Shown here piece after piece: positions 10,712 through 22,006 of a stretch of DNA of 64,000 nt. Within the stretch, counting starts at the first letter, position 1; each line of letters begins with the position of its first letter. Source of the stretch: Selaginella moellendorffii (lineage: Eukaryota; Plantae; Lycopodiophyta); contig NW_003314280.1 of NCBI RefSeq assembly GCF_000143415.4, forward strand, positions 2,091,549 through 2,155,548, read 5' to 3'. The translations under genes were made by a program, and so were the position numbers. The notes beneath the pieces were generated by a model. That model was given only the letters and a program-made list of their open reading frames with translations. It was not told the DNA's origin and did not search any database.

Positions 10712-13663
10712 ATGGGGAGTCATCCGGTAGAGGTAGTAGGGCGCATTCGCGGCCATCCCGACGGCAAGGGCGAGCAATCGTCGGCGCTGAGTGTTCTAGC
10801 GGGCGGCAAGTCCGTCCGGCTGCGATGCGATCAGGGATACAGGGATTTTGTGCTGGATGGAGTGTCCGTGGCCGAGGAGGAGAATTTGAGAGCGTTCTAC
10901 GCGAAATATGTGGAAGCCAGGGTCGATGACGTGAGGGCCGGCGGGCGATGCACGGTGATGATGTATGGGCCGACTGGCGCGGGCAAGAGCCACACGATGT
11001 TTGGATCTTCCAAAGAGGCTGGAGTGGCATACCTTGCTCTCCATCAGATCATGAAGAGCAAGCTTCCAGTGCCGCACGGCAATCGCACGAATGTCACGGC
11101 CAATGTTCTGGAGATCTACAACGAGGAGGTGTATGATCTTCTCGCCAGTAACTGCGTGGCTAGTCCGGGGCCAAAGTCATTAAAGCCCATTCCAGGCCGG
11201 GTAAGTTAGTTCGTCCTACCTAGGCACCATTCTAACTCTTTTCTTTCTTTATTTTTGCTAGGCAAGGCTCGAGGTGCGAGGAGGAAAAGCGAAAAATGCG
11301 ACATTCATTTCTGGTGAAGATCCCTCCAAGCTTGTGAACGAAATTGCCAACGTCGAGAAGCGTCGAGTTGTGAAAAGCACCAACTGTAACAGTCGAAGTT
11401 CTCGGAGCCACTGCATGGTAATCTGATTACTAGCGCGACCTCTGATAGATTAACTTGTCCTAGCAGGTTGTCCTGAATGTTTCTGGAGCGGGTGGGAAGC
11501 TGATCTTGGTGGATATGGCCGGCTCTGAGAATTCTGATCAAGCGGGATCCATTGGGTCGGAAGCTAAAATACAGGTACCAATACTATGGAGATTTGAAAG
11601 CTGTTGTTAAGTTTAGTTTTCAGACTGGAAAGATAAATCAAGGAAACGGTGCACTAAGACGGGTGGTAGAGTGCATTGCCAACGGAGATCCTTACATTCC
11701 TTACCGGGACAGTAAACTCACAATGCTTCTTCAGGTAACTTCTCAGTATGAAAGTTCGAATAGATCTCAAGTACGGTTTATCCAGGATTCGTTTGAAGAG
11801 GATGGCGCAAAGATTTTGATGATTTTGTGCGCCAGTCCAGACGGCAGAGATGCCTACAAGACAATCTGCACTTTGGAGTATGGAGCTAAAGCGAAGTGCA
11901 TCGTTCGACTTCCTTCTTCTCCACCTAAGGACAGAGCGACATTTGCCGACGGCATGGAAGCTGTGTTACTGGCTCGCCTTCGTCATAAGGACGAGTGCAT
12001 TGAGAGGTTGCGCCAGGAGTATGATCAGAAGGAAAGGGAACGTTTAGAAATTGCTCAGAAACTCATCCAGCGGCAGGAAGATTTGAAGGCACTGACGCTA
12101 AGGACCGAGAAGATGGAGGAAGAAAAGGTGAAGAGATTGGCGGAACTGCAAGCTGAAATGGAACGTATGATGAAGGAGAAGGCAGACGAACTGAGAAGAG
12201 AAATGGAACTTGAACTGCAACTTCAAGTTCACAAGATTTGTCCTGAAAATGGTCAGTATCGACTTGCTGAGCTGGAGAAGGTAATCCAAGATCAAAGGCA
12301 GGAGATTGCAGTGCTGCATTTGAGAGCTGAGCGAGCAGAATCTCAGGTTCAAGAGTTCCTTCAAGCATCGAGTCAGGCGTGGGCTGAGTCCAACGACATA
12401 GTGGATATGGATTTATCCAACAGCATTTGCATGTCAAGAGATTTCACGAACGGCAGCACTGCGGATGATCGAGCAGGAGATAGTTCTGTCGTATCGGCAA
12501 CACCTGCATCAGCAGACAATGAGCGTGGCCGGGAAGATCAATCGGACAAGTATGACACACCGAAAGATGGAGTCAACCGGAACTTGTTTGCTCTGGATAA
12601 AGTCCACAGCGAGGTGGAGGTTCCGTGGAGCGAAATCGGGCTTTTCAAAACAGGTTGGCTACCAATCATACCTGAAGAGGCGGATGAAGAGGCTTTGAAA
12701 CCTGTCGAGACTTCGAGTGGAGATACAGGAGAAGACACGCCGCAACCGTTATGTCCAAGTAACCTTGAGAAGAAGTTCGAATTGCAGTTTGAGGATAAAG
12801 GTAAAATTTCAAGCGCAGAAGTAAGTGTTGGGAGGATCGAAGCAGGAGCCGTCTCTCCGGTCGGTACCAAGTCAACAATCGATCATTTCACTTCGCATGA
12901 GAGGGTTGCCAGCAGAAAGGCTCGAATCGAGAACATTTTCCTACTTTGTGGCAATCACAGAGAGCTTGCCAAGAGTCCACGACGAGGTGACGCACCATCT
13001 TGGGATACTACTTCGGACATCCAGGATGGACATCTTTCTCCATTCCGCCCTCGCGACAGAGATTCATTGAAAGCGGTACTTGACTCTCTTAGCACTCCGG
13101 AGGCACTACATGCTGCCGCAACGATTTCCAACGACAATAGTGATACAGAGGTCTACGTCAAATGGGAATCGACAAAGATGGCCGCTGGAAAGCCGATTTG
13201 CAGTGTCCACGTTAGCAGCAGCACCAGCCTGGCAGATCTGCGGACTAAGATCGGCCTCCACGTTATCTCTCCATCGGACTTTTCGTTTTCTCTCGGCGTA
13301 AGTAAAACATGCGCTCTGCTTTCATGTCTCATATTCTAATGGTGGAGGTTACAGGACTTCGGTGGTGCTCCAATCGACAGAGCGGCAGAAAATGCACTTC
13401 TCGTGAGATCGCTACCACTTCATGAAAATAATCCAAACTGGAGGCTGGCGTGCTTGAGAACCTCAGCAACGTCACCAGCGAAATCAAGCCCGAGCAGCCG
13501 GTCAACCCCGTTCAAGCCAGTGGAGAACCGCGCGACGTCAACCAGTCCTCCGAGCGCGTCCAGCAACAAGCTTGTGAAAGTCCGCGGAGGGGAAGAGAAC
13601 ATCGCGCCTGTAGCAGACATAGACGTGCTTTCAAGAGGTGCAGTTTTCTTTTGCAAACACTAG
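10712..13663 (+). CDS. PAKRP2: Phragmoplast-associated kinesin, PAKRP2/KINID1 type
   Basis: HPVEVVGRIR, YGPTGAGKSHTMFG, SSRSH, variant switch II DMAGSE, YIPYRDSKLT, followed by coiled coil and tail. Confidence 0.88.
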
Positions 13664-13963
13664 ACAGATTTCTTGCTAAGTGCCTGCTCTTTATGTTCCA
13701 GTTTGTGCGAGGTAGCTGTACAGTGGTGTGTGACAAAAACAAGCTTAAAAGCGTCATTTCCAGGTAGCTCTAATCGATATTACGAGTCCACAGATCTCCG
13801 TTAGCGCGCGTTTTTTGAGCACTTAATAAGGCAAAATAGAAAAATACTGATTGTGGTCTTCCAAACGCTACGCTAGAACAGATTATTTCTTGCAACTAAC
13901 TGCTGCCTCTTTTTGTGTTACATGTACAAAAACTTGCGAGTATTCCTGTACACAGACTAAAAG

Positions 13964-15967
13964 TCAAGCTAAAACGTCCTCCCCAGGTAGTGTTTGATAG
14001 TACGGGTCTGCTGAATCCTTGAGGTTCCTCGTTTTGTACAGGGACAATAGGAAGAAAGCGGCAGCCATCGCCAGAAAAGAGCTGCCCAGTATATAATATT
14101 GCGTGAAAATTGTTGGCGCAACCATCACCTTCGAAAGGAAAGAATCGAAGGTTAGTAAAAAACCAAAGACACAATAGTTTTTTTGGCTTACAATGACAAA
14201 CTGGAAAACAGATTGGAGAATGCGACCAGCGAGCGTGTTGAGGCTGAAGAGAAGAACGTACTCCTTGTTCGCCAGAAATCTCGCGCACTGGACGTGAACG
14301 ATGCAGACGAGAATCCTGTTAATCCCCACGATGACAATGAACCCAGGATACGCGACCCAAAGAGTAGCGGTATACGGCATTGATAGGAGAAGAACTCCAA
14401 TCAGCACGGAACCAGCGGTGTAGTAGGCAATGCCGGCGTCCCTGGCAACGAGCACCGAAAGTGGAATGGCGCACAATGCGGCTATGAAGTTTGTGATCTC
14501 AGTGGCCGCCATGACGTGACCGCTGTAGATGGAGGTAGAGTCGATCGCTTCAAACAGGTTGAGCATGTATGTGGAAGCCATGGCGTATCCCGCGACATCA
14601 AAAGCCCACCTGGTAAGGAAAAAAAAATCAGACATCTTTTAGTCCTAACGTTTTGGTGGTTTTCAGATGATAGTGACGATCAAACAAGTAGCAGTACGTA
14701 CCAAATTGACAGAAGTTGCACGAATGGATTTTCCCAGGTCTCCCTGACGACGGTCGCAAGTCCCTGATGATCGCAAGCAAGCAGAGAGAATTGGAAGCTT
14801 TTCTTCTCGAGAAAGTAGCTCGAATCAAACCTTGAGGCGACAGATCGATAGTAGCTCCAGAATTGGTGGCCTTTTGGATTTCCTGGGCGCTGCTGGGCAG
14901 TCTGAGCACTGAGAGCTCTGCGGGTCTCTGGGCAGGACGAGGCAAATCAACACGGAGAGAGCAACCTGGTCAATGGTAAAACTTATGAAAGTTCTGATTT
15001 TTAAGAGACTTCGCTCACCATTGACATGGATATGTAGAGAAGCACGTCAATGGAGATCCCCTCGTGAATCAACGCTTGGCCTGGAACAATCAGTTAAGTC
15101 TTTTGATTTCTCGAATTTGGTTTTCTCACCGAGCTCGGAAGCACCAAAGTGCGCGATACTCGACGCTGCTTCCGTGCTGCTGGTCTGGATTCACTGAGAC
15201 GGCATTAGAGACGGCAGAAAGAATTTCATTCACGTCGAGCAAAGCGCACCATAATCTGGAACTTGTTCTCGGGCACAAGCAAGAACAAGTATGCCGGGAA
15301 GACAACTTCGATGCCAGCAGCCATTGATCGAAAGAGCTGCAACAAAATTCACAGGGCAGGCATTAATACACTCGCCAAGTTTTTGCCTGGGAACAGAAGC
15401 AAAACCTGCATCAACTGTAGCCAAAGAATCGAATCTCCCCATAGCAGCAGCGAGTACTCCACAAAGACCGCTAGAGAAGCTGGGGAGCGAGAAGAAGGCG
15501 TAAGAATCAAGCAGGAAACAAGAAAATTCTCACCAAGCATGAGAGTGCCATGATACGAGAACAAGGAACAGGCCGGAGCCGCGAGGAAGATGAAGAGAGA
15601 TCGCGAATACACTCCCACTGGCAGGATCCTGGTGCTTATCTGCACAAGAAACAGGGGTGCTAGTGCTATAAGATCGATCGATTCTCTCGGAGCTACAAGG
15701 AAAAAAACAAAAGCTCTACTACGAGGAAAGGGACGGACAGGGACGAGCGAGAGGGGAGATTTTTTTTTAAGCGTTAAAAGCAACCTCTTGATTGGTGATC
15801 CCTTTGTTGTGGATCATGTAACGAACTTCGTAGGGGATGACTGGAGCGAAGCGCTGCGCGAATCGGTAGGCGCTGGGCAGAAGAACCGCGAGGGCGATTG
15901 GCAATCTGGCTGTTGCTGCTCGTCCTCCGTTTGGCGATGCGAGGGCCATGTCTTCTTCGTCGACCAT
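13964..15967 (-). CDS. Reduced folate carrier / SLC19 (folate-thiamine transporter)-like MFS protein, copy 1 (divergent)
   Basis: RFAPVIPYEVRYMIHNKGITNQE|ISTRILPVGVYS, QLLSIW|WAF, SIYSGHVMAA, ARFLANKEYVLLFSLN. Collinear with the 30371 copy and shares intron positions where checked. Confidence 0.75.
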
Positions 15968-16086
15968 GGCGCGACGCGACGCGATGGGAAAGAAAAATCG
16001 AGGAAATGTGGGCGCGCTACTAAATTTACTAACAAGCAAAGGTCTTAAATATTTGGTCCACGGCGGGGATTCTCAACTATAGTCCG

Positions 16087-16248
16087 ACGTGGCCACTACG
16101 GTACCGAGGTGGCGGTCCCGAGCCGCCTTTTCCCTTCATATCATCGGGACGATTCCGTAGGTTCGCGGATGAAAAGCCGGGAATATGTCATGTCCATGTG
16201 GCACGTGCCCGGCACACGCCACCATGCGCTGCCGTGTGCCAACGTGGC
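16087..16248. promoter_or_regulatory. ABRE/G-box cluster upstream of SLC19-like copy 1
   Basis: ACGTGGC 16087, CACGTG 16202 and ACGTGGC 16242, all within 300 bp of ATG 15967. Confidence 0.45.
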
Positions 16249-16418
16249 GCCAAAATGGAAAGTTTGGATTGGTGAAGGAACGGTTGGAATCGCCTTAGTT
16301 TAGATTTCTGAAGAAGTTTTTTCCTTGTGTGGGAGAGATGGCAATCGATCAAGGGACGCAAGAGGTGGTGACAGCGTGGCCACAATGACCACAACTTGAG
16401 GTTGGGTGACCATTAACA

Positions 16419-18352
16419 CTTATGCTTGGTTATTTTAGAATATTTTTAATTGATAAACATGTTTATAATTCATAAACTTTCCTAAACACTTTCTAGTATA
16501 TTCTAGTATATTTTACCATTTAATGGTTTATATACAATAAGATTAGTTTTGTGTTATAAATTAGATTTTTTAAAAAACTTTTTATAATTTATACTCCAAA
16601 ACTATAAAGTAGAATTAGACTGAAATCTTGATTACTATAATCATGCAATCTAATTACATAAAAATACATAATTACATAGTTATAAAAATTATTTATTATA
16701 GAAATCAGTAATCAAATATAAATTAGACCTTTTACCAAACTTTATTTTAAAATATAATCATTTTTCCTCCCACGGTTAAACTATAAATATTTTTTTTAAA
16801 AGCTTTAAAATATGTGTAGAAGTTTACTGCATTTACTTATCATCATCATAGGAATTTAAAATATACTTTATTTATTAAATAATTATAATTAGATTGTATT
16901 AAAATTATAGATATAAATTACACTTGAAGAGAAATAAAAAATTTATACATAAACAATAATACATCAAATTTTGTATATAAACTAAAATGAACAAACAAGT
17001 TTTTACATTAAATTTTAAGTAAAAAAAATTTAATCTTATCTGAAATATTCAAGACAAAAGAAACTTAAAAATAAAATTTTTACAAGGAAAATAAATAAAA
17101 TCAATAATTAACTAAAATAAACCTTTCAAAACATGTAATTTAGTTAAAATTAAATAAAAATAATAATATAATTTTAAAGTTAATATTAATTTTTAATATA
17201 TTTTATAATAAATCCTATTTGTATAGTGTGTAAAGGGCTTTTACAATTCATAAATTTCAATAAAGATGTCAAAAAATCTTGATTTCTATGTTAAAATTGT
17301 AGTTAAAGTGATCAAATTAACCATAGGTTATTGGCTACTAGGTGATCCGTTACTTCAATGAAAAATAACATCATTATTAAATATTAATTAATTAGGGGTT
17401 TATGTGTTACATTATACTTATTTATGCATATAGATTTAAAATTTAAATTTGGTCGTATGGCCATAAATTTACATTTAAAAAAATCCACCAAAATTTTATC
17501 ATTTATCATCATGCTACAAAAGAATGTTTTTTATACTAAAATAATTTTTAAAATATGTAATCTATATAATTTTAAAATATAAAAATTTAAAATAAAAAAC
17601 CTTTCAAGTTTTATATTATGTTTAAATTTCTTTCTTCCACTTATCAATTAGTTAAATTTTACAATTTATTAAAAAAAAAGTTAAAATTTTATTTTAATAC
17701 TTGACTTATAATGGTGTTAATTTAAATAGAACATACTCATTAAATTCTCAAGCCCTTTCAACAAACGTGAGCGTTAAGTGATTGATTGTGCCGAACCAGT
17801 AAACCCTAAACTCTAAACCTAGTTGGATTGTTTAGTATTAGTAATAATTCAGTTGATAAATTATATTTTAATTAAAGAATTGAACTTTTTTTGTTTAAAA
17901 CAAATTTTATATGAAGTTGGAGAAATATTTAAGCATAAAGATAAACCACTTTAAAATAAATATTATTATATTATATTTATTGTATATATATACATTGGAT
18001 ATATGTCAAAATAAAATTTAGTAAGAGTTCCAAAAACTTACTTAAATAGTGATTTTTCTATTATACTTCACAAAAAACTTTCTAAGATGCAACTACTTTT
18101 TTTTGTATAATAAATTTGTTTTTATAGTATTTATATTGTAAGTGATTATAATCCAATTGTACTCTTTTATACTTTGGAGTGTTAGAGTATAAGTTTCATT
18201 TACAAAATATGTACATGATTGTGTTTATATAAAAAAAATTATATAATTTTTTCATTATATTAAAGAATAAACTAAGAAGTGTTTAGGGGAGTTTATATGA
18301 GTTATAAAAATGTTTAAAAATTATAAATACAAAATTAATTTAAATACATAAC
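16419..18352. mobile_element. Very AT-rich non-coding insert with long degenerate terminal inverted repeats (foldback/Mutator-like non-autonomous element)
   Basis: Left AAACATGTTTATAATTCATAAACTTTCCTAAACACTTTCTAGT approximates the reverse complement of right ACTAAGAAGTGTTTAGGGGAGTTTATATGAGTTATAAAAATGTTT. A second matching block pairs ~16593 with ~18150-18180. Abrupt GC drop and no ORFs. Confidence 0.6.
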
Positions 18353-18803
18353 AACTGAAAAATGAGAGATATGTAAAATTCTTTATATCCATTGCAGAAT
18401 TATGAGAAAATAGAGTATGTAGTCAAAATACCATGCTAAAGGCAAATCTCATAATAAGTATTTAGAGCTACAATATAAAGATGGTGTGAGTGCAAGGGAA
18501 TTTACCTTGCAGTTTTTGGAATTTAGATATGTAAGGCCCAATCCTTGCATCCACACTCGTTTGTAGAAGACCTCACCAAAGTAAATTCAGCTGTACACTT
18601 GGAACTGTGTCTCTTTGGTCTAAATGAATCAAACCGATAATGCAATGAAACTTATCTAGAGATACATACGTATCCATTATTATATATATACGTGGCGGAA
18701 GTAATCAAATTGTGACCCACAAGTGTCAGTCAGGAGTTTGCTTCTAAAGTCCCCGGTAGGTCTTTTTTTTGTTATTCCTCGTTTTTGTGCTCCATTCGTC
18801 TCA

Positions 18804-21800
18804 ATGGAAGATAGACAGGCCGCGGCTTTGCGCAGGTTACAGGTGCTCTCGCCGGGATTCCTCCCCGACGTTGGTCTGTCGGGTGGAAGTCTGAGACAAG
18901 CTCCCTGCTCTTCCTCTCCATCCAAGCAGGAAGATAGCAGCGATCTTGTCTCCGTGCCGCCGCATTTGTTTCGGGACGCTCCAGTCTCGTCAAGAAGTCA
19001 GGTAAGCTGCCGAGAGGCACAAAGAACAACTTGAAAAGCCTGTGGATCGATCTGTGTAGTATGAATCACTTTACTCCCAATCCCTGGGAGATCCCGACGG
19101 GTTTTGGGGAGGAGAAGCGAAGTGTTTGTTTTGGAAGAATCCATGGGACGCTGACCGTCCCGTCTGTGCTTACAACTTCGACAAACGCAAAGGGCCCATC
19201 TTTGTGGAGGTATTGCGGGACTCTTTTCTCTTTTCGTTTCTCTGCGGCCTTAGTGCTGATGAAATGCAGTGGTTCCGAGGAGGCTATACGAATGTTTGCT
19301 ACAACGCCATCGATCGACACGTTGACTCTGGAAGAGGAAACCAGGTCGCTGTTTTGTGGGAGGGAAACGATCCCAGATTCAATGCCCGCATCACTTACAG
19401 TGAATTGCTTAGATACGTTTGTCAGGTTCGCGAAAAGATTTGTGTTTTTTCACTCTTGCTCGATGATTTTTTTTTTCTACCAGGTTGCAAACTTGCTGCG
19501 CTCGCGAGGAGTAAAGAAAGGTGACCGGGTCTGCATTTATATGCCCATGATCTTGGAACTTCCCGTGGCGATGCTCGCCTGTGCTCGCATTGGTGCTATT
19601 CATTCCGTAAGTCACAGGTGTTGTCCTTCTTGTTTGTTCTGTCCTTGTCTTTTCATATGGATCGTCAAAAAAATGCTTGCTTTCTCCTGCTTCAGGTTGT
19701 CTTTGCTGGATTCTCCGCCGAGGCGCTTTCAGGCCGAATCCTTGACTGCCAGTCGCAAGTAGTGCTAACTTGCTCGGCGGTTCGAAGAGGAGACAAGATG
19801 CTCCTACTCAAGGAAATAGTGGACGAAGCTTTGCAGCTGTGCTCGCAAAGATCAGGATTCTCCGTTGGTACGTTGATCCTTTCTCTTTCGATTACAAAAG
19901 CGAAACGTCCTGTTCTACAGAGACGTGCGTAGTCTATGATAACGAGACTGCAGTACCGCGCAAGAATGTAGCTTGGCAAGCTCGAGACATTTGGTGGCAG
20001 GTACTAAAAACCACCATCGTTTTTTAAGAAAACTTCTCCCTCGAATCCAAACAGGACGCGGTGAGGGAGTGTAGCACAAGTGCAGAAGTAGAATGGATGG
20101 AATCAGAGGAGCCATTGTTTATGCTCTACACAAGTGGTTCTACAGGAAAGCCAAAGGTAAGAAAGTGTGTGATTTTTCTTTTCTCACACCATTCTAAATG
20201 CCTCGAAACAAAACCAGGGTGTTCTTCACACTGTTGGAGGCTATATGGTGTACGCTTCCACGACTTTCAAGTACTGCTTTGCTCCGCGCAAGGAAGATAT
20301 TTTCTGGTGATTTTTCTCGTCATGGTTCCACCAGCGCGACAACTCCTCTAAGAACTTCTTCGCAGGTGTACTGCCGACTGTGGATGGATAACGGGCCACA
20401 CATACGTCGTGTATGGGCCCTTGCTGAATGGTACAACCTCTCTAGTCTACGAAGGGGTATTTAGTCCTTGCTTTCTCTTTTAGACTTTTTTCTCAACCTT
20501 TTTCTTTTTTTCCTGTGATTCAAGGTCCCGGCCTGGCCTCATCCGGGTCGCTGCTGGGAAATAGTAGACAAGTACAAAGTCACCGCATTCTATACCGCAC
20601 CGACGCTCATTCGATCCTTGCAGGCGTACGATAAAGAGGTAAAGCACTTGCATCTCACCTATTAGTGATTCCTGACTTTGCGTCTCGTGTCAGCATGTCA
20701 AGAAATTCTCGCGGTCCAGCCTTCGGCTGCTAGCCACGGCCGGAGAGCCAATCAATCCAAAAGCTTGGAACTGGTACTTCGACGTGGTTGGCGATAGAAG
20801 ATGTCCGATCTTAGATACATGGTGGCAAACGGAGACCGGCGGAGTTATGCTCACGCCTCTACCCGGTGCGTGGCCTTTGAAACCAGGATCGGCAACTCTT
20901 CCTTTCTTTGGAGTGGAGGTAAAGTTCTTCGAGTAGTGTGATCTTCGAGCTAAAATACTAAGTTTCTTGTTTCTGTTCTTCCTTGATGCAGCCAGTAGTT
21001 TTGGATCAACAAGGCAAGGAGCTGAAGGGCCCTTGCGAGGGCTACCTGTGTATACGGCATCCCTGGCCAGGAATCGCCCGGACGATTTACGGTGACCACA
21101 AGAGATACGAAGAGACGTACTTTAGCACCTGGCTGAGTTACTACAACACCGGAGACGGGTGCCGGCGTGATGAAAATGGCTACATTACTATCACGGGACG
21201 CGTCGATGATGTTATCAATGTCAGGTAATCGGATTCTACGCGAGAGCTTTCGCTAAGATATGTATGTGATGTTTTTTTTGTTCGGATTTCTATCAGTGGT
21301 CACAGAATAAGTACCTCAGAGGTGGAAGCTGCTCTGGCTTCTCATCCCGGATGTGCTGAAGTTGCTGTGGTGGGATTTCCACACGAGGTGAGATGCCACG
21401 GCAATCGAGCGAGAATTGTTTATCAGATTGCTTTTGTTGCAGGTGAAGGGAGAGGGAATCTACGCCTATATCATCCAGATGGACGGGCATACAGACAGAG
21501 GGGAGCTGATCAAGGCCTTGAAAGTTCTAGCCAGAAAAGAGGTATACTTTTTAGTCTACTCTGATGAAAGTTTCGATTTTGTCCTTCCGTTGCTCTGTAG
21601 ATTGGAGGATTTGCTGTTCCGGACGTGCTACATTTCGTTCCGGGACTCCCCAAGACGCGAAGTGGGAAAGTCATGCGAAACATTCTTCGTAAAATCGCCT
21701 CGAACAGAACTGACCTGGTATGTAAACAATGCATTGAGGTAGATCATATGAGTTTTCGTTCGTTTTTGCCGCAGGGCGACACAAGTACGCTGGCCGACCC

Positions 21801-21837
21801 GGCTGTAGTTTCAAAGATCATTAGCTCCAAGATGTAA
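18804..21837 (+). CDS. ACS: Acetyl-CoA synthetase (AMP-forming, AcsA type) with C-terminal PTS1 SKM
   Basis: [74 protein letters not shown]; last exon [20 protein letters not shown]. Confidence 0.95.
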
Positions 21838-22006
21838 AACAAAGAACACCAATGTAAAGTGATACCATTTTCCATCCATTTGTTTGTGATAAGGAACTTA
21901 TCTTCGCCAAAACAGGATTTTGAAGCGTCGTAGGGCTCTTGCACAGTGGAACGAGGTAAAACTCCGAACTTCTTCTCGCAATGCTCCAATCTTCGCGGTC
22001 CCAGCC

